Positions 25,916-35,063 of a DNA stretch of 64,000 nucleotides are shown piece after piece. How positions within the stretch are numbered: the first letter of the stretch is position 1; each line of letters begins with the position of its first letter. A model generated the notes under the pieces. The model searched no databases. It was not told the origin of the DNA and worked only from the letters and a program-made list of their open reading frames with translations. A program made the position numbers and the translations under genes. Where the stretch lies: assembly GCA_963780895.1 (NCBI GenBank), contig CAWAEG010000001.1, positions 522,179-586,178 of the forward strand. Reading direction: 5' to 3'. This DNA comes from an uncultured Acidobacteriota bacterium. Lineage in GTDB: Bacteria > Acidobacteriota > Vicinamibacteria > Vicinamibacterales > SCN-69-37.

Positions 25916-27289
25916 ATGCACGTGTTCTCCACGACCGACACCATCGTCGCCATTGCGACTCCTCCGGGCCGCGGCGGCATCGGTGTCGTGCGGCTGGCCG
26001 GACCGCGGGCAGTGGAGCTGGCCAACCGGTTGACGGGACGACGGGAGCCGCTCGTGCCGCGGCACGCGACCTTTGCGCGCGTGTTCGTGCCGGATTCGTC
26101 AGGGAATGGTCAACCGCTCGATCACGTCGTGCTCACCTGGTTCGTCGCGCCGCACTCGTACACGGGCGACGATGTGGTGGAAATCAGCGGGCATGGCAGT
26201 CCGCTGCTCCTGAAGGAAGTCGTGCGGCTCGCGGTGGCGGGCGGCGCGAGGCTGGCCGAGCCGGGCGAGTTCACGCTGCGCGCGTATCTCAATGGCCGAA
26301 TCGATCTGGCGCAGGCCGAGGCGGTCGCCGATCTCGTGAACGCCGTCACGCCGCTCCAGGCACGCGCGGCGATGGACCAGCTCGAGGGGACGCTCACCGG
26401 CGTGATCAGGGCGATTGACGCGGCGCTGTTCGATCTGGCGGCGCGGCTCGAGGCCTCGCTCGACTTTCCCGAGGAAGGATTTCATTTCGTCACGCGCGTC
26501 GAAGCGGCGGCAGCGTTGGCCGCGGTCCGCGCCGATCTCGACGCCCTTGCGCGCGACGGCCGGGCCGGACGCATCGTGCGCGAGGGCCGGGTGATCGTGA
26601 TCAGCGGGCCGCCCAATGCAGGCAAGTCGAGCCTGTTCAACGCGCTGCTCGGATCGGATCGCGCCATCGTCACCGACGTTCCGGGCACGACGCGTGATGT
26701 GCTCAGCGAGCGTGTGGATCTCGGCGGCGTGGCCGTGACGCTCGTTGACACCGCGGGATTGCGCGATGCGTGCGACGCCATCGAGGCAGAGGGCGTGCGG
26801 CGAGCCCGGGCCGCGCAACATGTCGCCGCGATGACCGTTCTGGTGCTCGATCGCTCGTCGGCGCTTCCGGCCAACGTTGCGCAACTGATCTCGCCCGACA
26901 CGCCGGCGGTTGTCGTCGTGAACAAAGTCGATCTACCGAAGGCCTGGAGCCCGGAGGCCGTTCGTTTGCCGGCCCGCGAGGTTGTCGACGTGTGCGCGCT
27001 CACCGGCGAGGGTCTCGAGGAGCTCCGACGCCGGCTCGTCGCCGGGCTCGCAGGTCGCGAAGAACTACGCGACCCTCCCGCGATCTCGAACGTACGGCAT
27101 CTGGCGCTCGTGGACACCGCGCGGACGGCGGTCGAGCGGGGGGAACAGGCGCTTGCGGCCGGCGCAACGGAAGAGCTCGTGCTGGTTGAGCTCGCGGCCG
27201 CGAGGCGGGCGCTGGAGGAGATTACGGGACGGCGCACACCCGACGATCTGCTCGAGCACATCTTCGCGACGTTTTGCGTGGGCAAGTGA
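25916..27289 (+). CDS. mnmE: tRNA modification GTPase MnmE
   Basis: DTIVAIATPPGRGGIGVVRLAG...VISGPPNAGKSSLFNALL...DTAGLR...C-terminal FCVGK. Confidence 0.93.
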   Translation: MHVFSTTDTIVAIATPPGRGGIGVVRLAGPRAVELANRLTGRREPLVPRHATFARVFVPDSSGNGQPLDHVVLTWFVAPHSYTGDDVVEISGHGSPLLLKEVVRLAVAGGARLAEPGEFTLRAYLNGRIDLAQAEAVADLVNAVTPLQARAAMDQLEGTLTGVIRAIDAALFDLAARLEASLDFPEEGFHFVTRVEAAAALAAVRADLDALARDGRAGRIVREGRVIVISGPPNAGKSSLFNALLGSDRAIVTDVPGTTRDVLSERVDLGGVAVTLVDTAGLRDACDAIEAEGVRRARAAQHVAAMTVLVLDRSSALPANVAQLISPDTPAVVVVNKVDLPKAWSPEAVRLPAREVVDVCALTGEGLEELRRRLVAGLAGREELRDPPAISNVRHLALVDTARTAVERGEQALAAGATEELVLVELAAARRALEEITGRRTPDDLLEHIFATFCVGK

Positions 27290-27295
27290 ATCACC

Positions 27296-29152
27296 GTGAC
27301 TGATGCCTTCGACGTCATCGTGATCGGCGCCGGCCATGCCGGCTGCGAAGCGGCCTGGGCCGCGGCCCGGCTCGGTTGCCGTGTCGGGCTCTGCACGCTT
27401 TCGGCCGAGACCGTCGCGTTGATGCCGTGCAACCCGGCGATTGGCGGCACCGCGAAGGGGCACCTCGTTCGGGAAATCGACGCGATGGGCGGGCTGATGG
27501 GCGTCGCGATCGACGCGACCGGGCTCCAGTTCAAGATGCTCAACCGCAGCCGCGGTCCGGCGGTCTGGTCGCCGCGCGCGCAGGCCGACAAGCGGCGGTA
27601 CGGCGACTGGATGCGCGACAAGCTGTCGGCCGAGCCGAACATCTCCTGGTTGTACCGGCGCGCCGGCCGGATTCTGACGACGGCCGGGCGTGTGAGCGGG
27701 CTCGCGTTCGAAGATGCCGGCGAGGTCAGCTGCGGCGCGCTCGTCGTCACGACCGGCACGTTCCTCAACGGGCTCGTGCACGTCGGCGACGAGCAGCGTC
27801 CGTCCGGCCGCGCGAACGAGCCGCCGACGCGCGAGCTGGCCGACTCGCTCCGGGCGTTCGGCTTCGACATGGGCCGGCTCAAGACCGGCACTCCGCCGCG
27901 CCTCGATCGGCGCACCATCGACTTCTCGCGGTTCCCGGCAGAACACGGCGACGATCCGATCGTGCCGTTCTCGTTCATGAGCGGCCGGATCGAGCGGGAT
28001 CAGATCGCCTGCCATCTGCTGCACACGAACGACCGCGTCCACGGAATCATCCGCGCCAACATCGGCCGATCCCCGCTCTACAACGGCCAGATCAGCGGGA
28101 TCGGCCCGCGGTACTGTCCGTCCGTCGAAGACAAGGTGATGCGCTTCGCCGAAAAGGAGCGGCACCAGATCTTTCTCGAGCCCGAGGGCCGCGACGTGGA
28201 CGAGATCTACGTCAACGGCCTCTCGATGAGTCTGCCGCGCGACGTGCAGGACGCGATCGTGCACGCGCTGCCCGGCCTCGAGGACGCCCGCGTCATGCGG
28301 CACGCGTACGCCGTCGAGTACGACTTCATCCAGCCGACCGAGCTCGACCGATCGCTCGAGGCCAAGCGCGCTCCGGGATTGTTCCTCGCCGGACAGATCA
28401 ACGGCACGTCGGGATATGAAGAAGCCGCGGCGCAGGGGCTGATCGCAGGCCTCAACGCCGCGCTCTCGGTTCGGCGGCAGCGGCGCGTGATCCTGCAGCG
28501 CGACCAGGCGTATATCGGCATCCTGGTCGACGATCTGGTCACGCGCGGCTGCCTCGAGCCGTACCGCATGTTCACGTCGCGCGCGGAACATCGCCTGCGG
28601 CTGCGCATCGACAACGCCGATCTCCGGCTCACACCGATCGGCCGCGCCGCGGGAACGGTCGACGATGACCGGTGGTCGCGCTTCGAGGACCGGCGCGCAC
28701 GGCTCGAGCGCAATCGCGCCGCCGCGTCACGCACGCGCGTCGTCATCGACGCCGAGACGACGACGGCCGCGCAAGCGCTGAGCCGGCCTGCCGTGCAGCT
28801 CGCGGATCTCCAGGCGCAGGGATTCGTACTCGAGACACGATCGTCCGAGGAGCACGTCGACGAATCGACGATCGTGGCCGAGTTCAAATACGAGGGCTAC
28901 CTGAAGGGTCAGGACGTGCAACTGGCGCGCGCCCGCGCGCAGGAGCAGCGCGCGATTCCCACCACATTCGAATACGCAGGGATTCCGGGGCTCTCGCGTG
29001 AGGTCGTCGAGCGACTGACGCAGATCCGGCCCGCCACGCTGGGCCAGGCGTCACGGGTGCCGGGCGTCACGCCAGCGGCTGTCGCGATCGTCGCCGGCGC
29101 GCTCACGAGAAGCCGCGCTCAGTCACGCGAAGAAACTGACAGGCCGGCTTAG
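27296..29152 (+). CDS. mnmG: tRNA uridine 5-carboxymethylaminomethyl modification enzyme MnmG
   Basis: [23 protein letters not shown]...[21 protein letters not shown]...LKTGTPPRL...[16 protein letters not shown]. Confidence 0.95.
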   Translation: MTDAFDVIVIGAGHAGCEAAWAAARLGCRVGLCTLSAETVALMPCNPAIGGTAKGHLVREIDAMGGLMGVAIDATGLQFKMLNRSRGPAVWSPRAQADKRRYGDWMRDKLSAEPNISWLYRRAGRILTTAGRVSGLAFEDAGEVSCGALVVTTGTFLNGLVHVGDEQRPSGRANEPPTRELADSLRAFGFDMGRLKTGTPPRLDRRTIDFSRFPAEHGDDPIVPFSFMSGRIERDQIACHLLHTNDRVHGIIRANIGRSPLYNGQISGIGPRYCPSVEDKVMRFAEKERHQIFLEPEGRDVDEIYVNGLSMSLPRDVQDAIVHALPGLEDARVMRHAYAVEYDFIQPTELDRSLEAKRAPGLFLAGQINGTSGYEEAAAQGLIAGLNAALSVRRQRRVILQRDQAYIGILVDDLVTRGCLEPYRMFTSRAEHRLRLRIDNADLRLTPIGRAAGTVDDDRWSRFEDRRARLERNRAAASRTRVVIDAETTTAAQALSRPAVQLADLQAQGFVLETRSSEEHVDESTIVAEFKYEGYLKGQDVQLARARAQEQRAIPTTFEYAGIPGLSREVVERLTQIRPATLGQASRVPGVTPAAVAIVAGALTRSRAQSREETDRPA

Positions 29153-29154
29153 AC

Positions 29155-29287
29155 CGTTTTCCAGATCGGTGTCGCGTGTTCCGGCGCCCTCCCGCTCGCC
29201 GCTTGCCGCAAGGCAGCGTGATCGGGCCTGCCTCGCGGCGCTCGCAAAGGTCGGGCGCCGGAACACGCGACACCGATCTGGAAAACG
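29155..29287. repeat. 133-bp element with 34-bp perfect terminal inverted repeats
   Basis: CGTTTTCCAGATCGGTGTCGCGTGTTCCGGCGCC (29155-29188) and its exact reverse complement GGCGCCGGAACACGCGACACCGATCTGGAAAACG (29254-29287), with a 65-nt spacer. The element starts 3 nt after the mnmG stop. Confidence 0.8.
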
Positions 29288-29353
29288 CTGTAGTAGCCCC
29301 ACGACACGCCCATCGTCTCGCGCCGCGCAGGCAGTTGCACCACAATACCGCCG

Positions 29354-29998
29354 GTGCCTGCCGACTCATCTGCGCGAATCATCGAGCGCGGCGCGCGCAT
29401 CGGCATCAGGGTCCCACCCGACATCGCCGAACGGCTCGACGCGTTCCTGCAGCTCCTTGCCAAGTGGAACAAGGGCATCAACCTGACGGCGCTCGAGGTC
29501 GATCCGCTGTCCGACGATGCCATCGACCGGCTGCTGATCGAGCCGCTGGCGGCAGCCTCCCGGCTTCAGCGTGGAGATCGTCTGGCGATCGACATCGGGT
29601 CGGGAGGCGGATCGCCGGCGATCCCGATGAAGATTGCGGCGCCGGCGCTGCGAATGATCCTCGTCGAGTCGAGGGGCAAGAAGGCCTCGTTCCTCCGCGA
29701 GGTGGTCCGATCCCTGGAGCTGCCTGACGTCGAGGTCGAGAACCACCGCCTCGAGGATCTCGCGGCGCGCGGGGACCTGAATGACGCAGCGGACGTGCTC
29801 ACGCTCCGCGCGGTCACGGCAACCCACGCGTTGTGGGTGAGCATGAACGGCCTGCTCAGGCCGGGTGGTCGCGTGTTCTGGTTCGGCGGCAAGCTCGACA
29901 GCGCCGAGACACGGCTCTCATCGGTCATCGGCGCCTCGAAACCGGTCATCGTCCGGACGCCCCCGAACAGTCAGTTGCTGATTTTTACCAAGGCCTAG
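29354..29998 (+). CDS. rsmG: 16S rRNA (guanine527-N7)-methyltransferase RsmG
   Basis: ...FLQLLAKWNKGINLTAL...AIDIGSGGGSPAIPMKIA...ILVESRGKKASFLREV... (GidB fold, SAM motif). It holds the conserved position after mnmG. Confidence 0.88.
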   Translation: MPADSSARIIERGARIGIRVPPDIAERLDAFLQLLAKWNKGINLTALEVDPLSDDAIDRLLIEPLAAASRLQRGDRLAIDIGSGGGSPAIPMKIAAPALRMILVESRGKKASFLREVVRSLELPDVEVENHRLEDLAARGDLNDAADVLTLRAVTATHALWVSMNGLLRPGGRVFWFGGKLDSAETRLSSVIGASKPVIVRTPPNSQLLIFTKA

Positions 29999-30020
29999 CA
30001 GCCAGGTGGCTGGCTGCTAG
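29995..30020 (+). terminator. Hairpin with 11-bp perfect stem overlapping the rsmG stop codon
   Basis: CTAGCAGCCAG-GTGG-CTGGCTGCTAG. No U-tract follows. Confidence 0.55.
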
Positions 30021-30071
30021 AGCGCGCGGCGAGACAACCCGCCGGCCGTCCAACTCCGGCGGAGGAGATCG

Positions 30072-30263
30072 ATGTTAGACCACAGGTTGTCGACCGAAAA
30101 TGTGCTGATTCAGCTATTTGGTCGAGTCTGCGACAGGCTCCGTCTGCGCCGACGCCTCGCGCCGGACCCGCGGTTCCTCGAGGACCTCGTCGAGCGACGT
30201 GGCTGCCGGCGGTCGCGCGCCACGCGGATTGATCCGACATCGGCGCCACGGTCGGAGCAGTAA
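30072..30263 (+). CDS. Hypothetical 63-aa protein
   Basis: ORF preceded by GGAGGAG 6 nt upstream of the ATG. No recognisable family. Confidence 0.25.
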   Translation: MLDHRLSTENVLIQLFGRVCDRLRLRRRLAPDPRFLEDLVERRGCRRSRATRIDPTSAPRSEQ

Positions 30264-30401
30264 ATTCGTGAGGCGACTACTGTGTTAGACAAACAACTTT
30301 ACGATAACGAGGTAAGTCTCCTGGGTTGAGACCGGAGGTCGAACTGAACAACTGGCAGAAGACATTGGTCGTGCGGTCAGTGGGTCTATTCCGTTGAGGC
30401 A

Positions 30402-30662
30402 CTACCCGACCCGGATCACATCAGCACGTCCCACGTCGAGCGCCAGAACCTTTCGATGCGGATGTCGATGCGCCGATTCACCAGACTTACCAACGCCTTC
30501 AGCCGGAAGCTGGAGAATCACATGGTGGCCGTGGCGCTCTACTTCATGTGGTACAACTTCAGCCGAATCCACCAGACCCTGGCGTGTAACCCCGGCGATG
30601 GAAGCTGGCGTGACGGACCATGTGTGTGGAGCGTCGAAGAAATCGTAGCTCTCCTGAAGTAG
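30402..30662 (+). pseudogene. C-terminal fragment of an IS1-like transposase with internal frameshifts
   Basis: (LPDPDHISTSHV)ERQNLSMRMSMRRFTRLTNAFSRKLENHMVAVALYFMWYNFSRIHQTL, then RVTPAMEAGVTDHV in a second frame, then WSVEEIVALLK back in the first. There is no N-terminal half. The family assignment rests on recalled motif similarity. Confidence 0.6.
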
Positions 30663-30678
30663 CGGTAGACTTCGGGCC

Positions 30679-30930
30679 TTGGCGGACATGCAGAGTCGTG
30701 TGCGAATCCTGACCGCCGCAAATCTTGTTGTTCTCGCCTTGGCATCGGTGCCTGAGTTGTCGGCAGCGGCTATTCGGAATCAACCCGCCCCTACGTGCAA
30801 GGTGTCGCTGCTTGCGACCAACCTCTACATGATCATTCCCGGAACCAGACAAGGACTTGCGGAAATGCGTCAGCGACACGAACGGGAGCTAGTGGAACTG
30901 GCAGAACAGCAGAAGTCGTCCAGCCAATAG
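30679..30930 (+). CDS. Hypothetical small secreted/membrane protein (83 aa)
   Basis: ORF with an N-terminal hydrophobic segment (ILTAANLVVLALASVPELSAAA). No family recognised. Confidence 0.3.
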   Translation: MADMQSRVRILTAANLVVLALASVPELSAAAIRNQPAPTCKVSLLATNLYMIIPGTRQGLAEMRQRHERELVELAEQQKSSSQ

Positions 30931-30945
30931 CCCCTTTATGCAAAC

Positions 30946-31085
30946 TGACCCACTACCCATATTTCATGTATTACAACTTCGGCCGCGTGCATCAGGCGCT
31001 CCGCGCGATGCCCGCGATGGAAGCTGGCATCGCCAATCACGTCTGGTCGGTCTCGGAAATCATCGGATTGCTGGAGGCTAAATGA
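30946..31085 (+). pseudogene. Second, shorter C-terminal fragment of the same transposase family
   Basis: ...YFMYYNFGRVHQALRAMPAMEAGIANHVWSVSEIIGLLEAK parallels the end of the fragment at 30402-30662. It begins right after a 17-nt repeat copy. Confidence 0.6.
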
Positions 31086-31189
31086 GCAACACGAGAACCG
31101 TCCTCTGGGCTCTGTTCGGCGTCGCGGTCACGCTGGTCGCCGTGGTCGTCGGGGTGCTTTTCTACTTCCGCCTCACAAGTTCAAACTGA
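31082..31189 (+). CDS. Hypothetical 35-aa single-TM peptide
   Basis: MSNTRTVLWALFGVAVTLVAVVVGVLFYFRLTSSN. The ATG overlaps the preceding stop (ATGA). Its stop TGA lies inside repeat copy B. Confidence 0.3.
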   Translation: MSNTRTVLWALFGVAVTLVAVVVGVLFYFRLTSSN

Positions 31190-31583
31190 CCCACTACCAG
31201 ATAGCGCCCTGAGTGCGCAAGACTCACTCAAACTGAGACACTACCGTTATCCGACAGGCTCCCACCGTGGTCGGTCAGGCACTTGCGGCAATTTCTGCCG
31301 AAACTCAACCTCAAACGATCTCGGCATGCTCCTCTGTCGCGCAGGTGAGAGCGTCCGACTGGACTTTCATGGGCTGCGCTCGGTCCGTCTTGACGTCATC
31401 TCGCAATTCGTTCACCCACTTCCAATGCCTTGGCGTGCTGCACGCCAACATGAACGCCCACCGCGTTCCACGTGGAACATCATCGTTGAGGACCACGCCA
31501 GGCCTGCCCTGCCGACTAGGCCTTGACGGGCTGCCCGCCTGACGGCACAATCTCATAGCCCACCAAGTAACAAATTTGGCTGT

Positions 31584-32393
31584 ATGACCAAATTAAACCG
31601 GGTCATCGCGATTGCCAACCAAAAAGGCGGCGTCGCGAAAACCACCACGGCCATCAACCTGGCCGCATCGCTCGCCATGGCCGGCCAGCGAATTCTCGTC
31701 GTCGATCTCGATCCCCAGGCCAACCTGACCAGCGGGCTGGGCAAGAAAGGTCAATTACCTGACGCCGGAACGGTCTATGAGGCGCTTACCGGCATCCACG
31801 ACGACCCACTCGCATTCGTCGTCCCGACGTCCTTCGATCACTTGTCGCTCCTCCCGTCCGACCGCGATCTGACCGGCGCCGAGATCGAGCTCGTTCCCTT
31901 CGAAGATCGCGAACAGCGATTGCGCAACCTGCTCGACGGACTCCGCGGCCGCTTCGACTACGTGTTCGTCGACACGCCGCCGTCGCTCGGCCTCCTGACG
32001 CTGAACGCGCTGGTCGCCGCCGACACCGTCCTGATTCCGCTCAACTGCGAGTACTTCGCGCTCGAAGGCATCGCCGAGCTCCTCGCGACCATCGACCGCG
32101 TCCGTGGATCGCTCAACCCGGATCTCGACATCGAAGGCGTCCTCCTCACGATGTACGACGACCGCACGAATCTCGGCCAGCAAGTGAGCCGCAACATCCG
32201 CGACTTCTTCGGCGACAAGGTCTATACGACCGTCATCCCGCGCAACGTGCGGCTGGGCGAAGCACCGAGCCACGGCGTGCCGGTCATTTTCTACGACGCG
32301 CGCAGCCGCGGCGCCGAAGCCTACATCTCGCTCGCGCACGAGTTTCTCGCGCGCGATCTCGGCGTGCCGACCGACGTCGGCGACGAGACATGA
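31584..32393 (+). CDS. parA: Chromosome partitioning ATPase ParA/Soj
   Basis: MTKLNRVIAIANQKGGVAKTTTAINLAASLA...VVDLDPQANLT (deviant Walker A). Confidence 0.93.
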   Translation: MTKLNRVIAIANQKGGVAKTTTAINLAASLAMAGQRILVVDLDPQANLTSGLGKKGQLPDAGTVYEALTGIHDDPLAFVVPTSFDHLSLLPSDRDLTGAEIELVPFEDREQRLRNLLDGLRGRFDYVFVDTPPSLGLLTLNALVAADTVLIPLNCEYFALEGIAELLATIDRVRGSLNPDLDIEGVLLTMYDDRTNLGQQVSRNIRDFFGDKVYTTVIPRNVRLGEAPSHGVPVIFYDARSRGAEAYISLAHEFLARDLGVPTDVGDET

Positions 32394-33298
32394 ATCACGG
32401 CGATCCACCGACGGCAGGTGACGGAGGCTCCATGCCAGACAAACGACCCGCACTCGGACGCGGCCTGAGCGCGCTCATTCCCATCGCGCCGCCGCCCAAG
32501 GCGCAGACCCCAGACCGCGATCAACAGCGGCCGACCGAAATCGACATCGATCTGCTGGGGCCCAATCCGCGTCAGCCGCGCGCCCAGATCGACGAGGCGC
32601 GGCTCGAAGAGCTCGCGCAATCCATCCGCAGTCACGGCGTGATCCAGCCGATTCTCGTCCGGCGCGTGGACGATCACTACGAGATCGTCGCCGGCGAGCG
32701 GCGCTGGCGCGCGGCTCAACGCGCGGGCCTGTTGAAGATTCCGGTCCTCGTGCGGGAGGTCACGGACGATCACCTGCTCGAGGTTGCGCTCATCGAGAAC
32801 ATCCAGCGCGAAGACCTGAACGCCATCGAGGAAGCGCAGGCGTACCAGCGGCTGTCCGACGACTTCCGGATGTCGCAGGAATCGATCGCGGCGGCCGTCG
32901 GCAAGGACCGCGCGACCGTCGCCAATTACATCCGGCTGCTGCGGTTGCCCGCCGAGGTTCGCAACGAGCTCGCGTCCGGTGTGTTGACGATGGGACACGC
33001 GCGCGCACTCCTCGCGCTCTCCGACGAATCCGCGCAGCGCCGCCTGGCGCGGGAAGTCGTCTCACGCGGCCTGTCGGTACGCGAAACGGAAGCCCTCGTC
33101 CGTCGCGAATCGACACCGGCCGCGCCGCCGCCGCCGCGCAAGGTCGATCCCAACACGCGCGCCGCCGAAGATCGGCTGAAGCTCGCGCTCGGCACCCGGG
33201 TCCGGATCGTGCGAAAAGGCACGGCAGGACGCATCGAAATCGACTTTGGAAACGAAGGCGAGCTGCAAAGGCTCTTCGAGCAGCTCACGGAGACGTAG
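32390..33298 (+). CDS. parB: Chromosome partitioning protein ParB/Spo0J
   Basis: ...LGPNPRQPRAQIDEARLEELAQSIRSHGVIQPILVRR...YEIVAGERRWRAAQRAGL...IPVLVREV... There is a 4-nt overlap with parA. Confidence 0.93.
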   Translation: MNHGDPPTAGDGGSMPDKRPALGRGLSALIPIAPPPKAQTPDRDQQRPTEIDIDLLGPNPRQPRAQIDEARLEELAQSIRSHGVIQPILVRRVDDHYEIVAGERRWRAAQRAGLLKIPVLVREVTDDHLLEVALIENIQREDLNAIEEAQAYQRLSDDFRMSQESIAAAVGKDRATVANYIRLLRLPAEVRNELASGVLTMGHARALLALSDESAQRRLAREVVSRGLSVRETEALVRRESTPAAPPPPRKVDPNTRAAEDRLKLALGTRVRIVRKGTAGRIEIDFGNEGELQRLFEQLTET

Positions 33299-33303
33299 GG
33301 AAC

Positions 33304-33349
33304 AAGGCTCAAAGGCTCAGGGCTCGGAGGCTCAGAGGCAGAGGCTGCA
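33304..33349. repeat. Short tandem AGGCTCA-type repeats in the parB-selD spacer
   Basis: AAGGCTCAAAGGCTCAGGGCTCGGAGGCTCAGAGGCAGAGGCTG, reminiscent of the AAGGCCCA motif of the 11541/11952 arms. Confidence 0.5.
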
Positions 33350-33375
33350 CCACAAGAAAGGAGGTCTCACAGCGA

Positions 33376-34437
33376 ATGACCCGTCGCCTTACCGACTACA
33401 GCGCCTGCGCGGGTTGAGCGAGCAAACTCGCCGCTGGCGAGCTCGCCCAGGTGCTGGGTGACATCCCGCGTGTGCATGACGACCGGGTTCTGGTGGACTT
33501 CAGGACCGGTGACGATGCGGGTGTGTACGCGTGGGGCAACGGACCGGCGCTCGTGCAGACCGTCGATTTCTTCACTCCCGTCGTGGACGATCCGTACGCG
33601 TACGGACAGATCGCCGCAGCCAACGCGCTGAGCGACGTGTACGCCATGGGCGGCGTGCCGCGCACTGCGCTCGCCATCGCCGCGCTGCCCAAAGACGGCC
33701 CCGGTCTGGACATCGTCAAAGCCATCTTCCGCGGCGGGTACGACAAGCTGCAGGAAGCGGAAACGGTTCTGCTCGGCGGACACACGGTCACCGATCAGGA
33801 GATCAAGTTCGGGTACGCGGTGACGGGTGAGATCCAGCCCGATCGCGTGCTCACGAATGCGCGCGCCCGAGCCGGCGATCAGCTGCTGCTCACCAAGCCG
33901 CTCGGCACCGGCATCATCGCGACCGCGCTCAAGTTCGACCGCGCGTCCGAGCGCCAGGTGGACGGCGCCGTCGAGTCGATGGTGCGCCTGAACCGCGACG
34001 CGGCGCACACCCTCCGCGCGCTTCCGCCGGGCATCGTCAGCGCGTGCACCGACGTGACAGGATTCGGGTTGGCGGGCCACGGCGCGGCGATGGCGACGGC
34101 AAGCGGCGTCGCGCTCGTCTTCGAAACGCCGTCGCTGCCCCTGCTCGAAGGCGCGCTGGGGCTCGCGGCGGCGAACACGCCGGGCGGCGGGCGGACGAAT
34201 CAACAACATTTCGGGCCCCGCGTCAGCATCGCGGCGTCGGTCACCGATGCGATGCGCCTGGTGATCTTCGACCCCCAGACGTCGGGCGGCCTGCTCGTCG
34301 CCGTCGACCCCTCGGCGACGGCGCACGTGATCGGCCGGCTGCACGACGCAGGCGTTCCAGCCGTCGTGGTGGGCCGGGTCGAGACGCGGAACCCGGATGA
34401 GGCGCTGGTCCGGAGTGGAATGAACGCGGGGAAATGA
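33376..34437 (+). CDS. selD: Selenide, water dikinase SelD, selenocysteine-containing (in-frame TGA at 33415-33417)
   Basis: ORF track starts at 33451, but an in-frame ATG at 33376 (AAAGGAGG upstream) gives MTRRLTDYSACAG-TGA-ASKLAAGELAQVLGDIPRV... The TGA aligns with the catalytic Cys of the GAGCGCK-type motif of E. coli SelD. The rest matches SelD (DDAGVY...VDFFTPVVDDPYAYGQIAAANALSDVYAMGG). Confidence 0.85.
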
Positions 34438-34495
34438 CCTCGGAGGTCTTTTTTTACTTTAGTTTTTCCAAAAAAGACCTCCGAGGTCATTTCCC
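34429..34495. terminator. 26-bp perfect inverted repeat of the ATGACCTCGGAGGTC element (includes the selD stop codon)
   Basis: GGGAAATGACCTCGGAGGTCTTTTTT (34429-34454) and AAAAAAGACCTCCGAGGTCATTTCCC (34470-34495), with a 15-nt loop. The T-run follows the first core palindrome. Confidence 0.75.
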
Positions 34496-34500
34496 GCTAT

Positions 34501-34530
34501 TTGCCGGGTACTCCACCCGAATGGTATAAA
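34501..34530 (+). promoter_or_regulatory. Possible sigma-70-type promoter of the atp operon
   Basis: TTGCCG (34501-34506) -N18- TATAAA (34525-34530), ~70 nt upstream of the first atp gene. Pattern match only. Confidence 0.35.
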
Positions 34531-34597
34531 TTCTCGTTTCGACAGGGCGTGATGTGACGGGTCTAGGCCTCGTCTCAGCCCGGCGGAGGCAGGCCAG

Positions 34598-35041
34598 GTG
34601 TTCGCAGCAGTTTCGATGATCCCGGATGTGTCGGTCCTCCTGATCATCGCGCTCGTTCTCGCCCTCGCGTTCATCCTCGATCGGCTCGTGTTCCGCCCGG
34701 TGCTCGGCATCATCAAGCAGCGGGAAGAGGCCGTGGCGTCGGCCCGCAAGCTCGCGGAGCAGGCCGCGCTCGAGGCGCGCCTGGCGGGCGAGGAATTCGA
34801 GCGAAAGACTGGCGAAGCGCGCGCTGAGGTCTACCGGCAGATGGACGAAATGCGTAAGACCGCGCTCGAGGAACGGACGGCGCTCATCGACGTCACCCGC
34901 CGCGAGGCTGCGCAGGCGCTCTCGGACGCCAGAGCGCAACTCGATCGCGACGTGGAAGAGGCGCGCGCCAGGCTCGACGCGGACGCTGAGGCGCTCGCCG
35001 CGGAGGCCGCGCGCCGGGTTCTCGGCCGGCAGCCATCCTGA
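34598..35041 (+). CDS. atpF2: F0F1 ATP synthase subunit b' (b-like)
   Basis: N-terminal TM segment (VLLIIALVLALAFILDRLVF) followed by a long charged helix, in first position in the atp cluster. Confidence 0.75.
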   Translation: MFAAVSMIPDVSVLLIIALVLALAFILDRLVFRPVLGIIKQREEAVASARKLAEQAALEARLAGEEFERKTGEARAEVYRQMDEMRKTALEERTALIDVTRREAAQALSDARAQLDRDVEEARARLDADAEALAAEAARRVLGRQPS

Positions 35042-35063
35042 CGGCTTTCTCGACACTCGACTT

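Larger units (their letters stand above)
30941..31245 (+). repeat. Three direct copies of a 17-nt motif CAAACTGA(C/G)(C/A)CACTACC
   Basis: Copies at 30941-30957 and 31182-31198 are identical. The copy at 31229-31245 has 2 mismatches. A degenerate copy (GAGGCACTACCC) lies at 30396-30407, directly before the first transposase fragment. Confidence 0.7.
30021..31583. mobile_element. AT-richer ~1.5-kb island of decayed IS-like transposase fragments, short ORFs and direct repeats inserted between rsmG and parA
   Basis: The island is visibly less GC-rich than its flanks (judged by eye, not computed). It interrupts the usually contiguous rsmG-parA-parB arrangement and contains two non-identical C-terminal transposase fragments. 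Confidence 0.65.
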
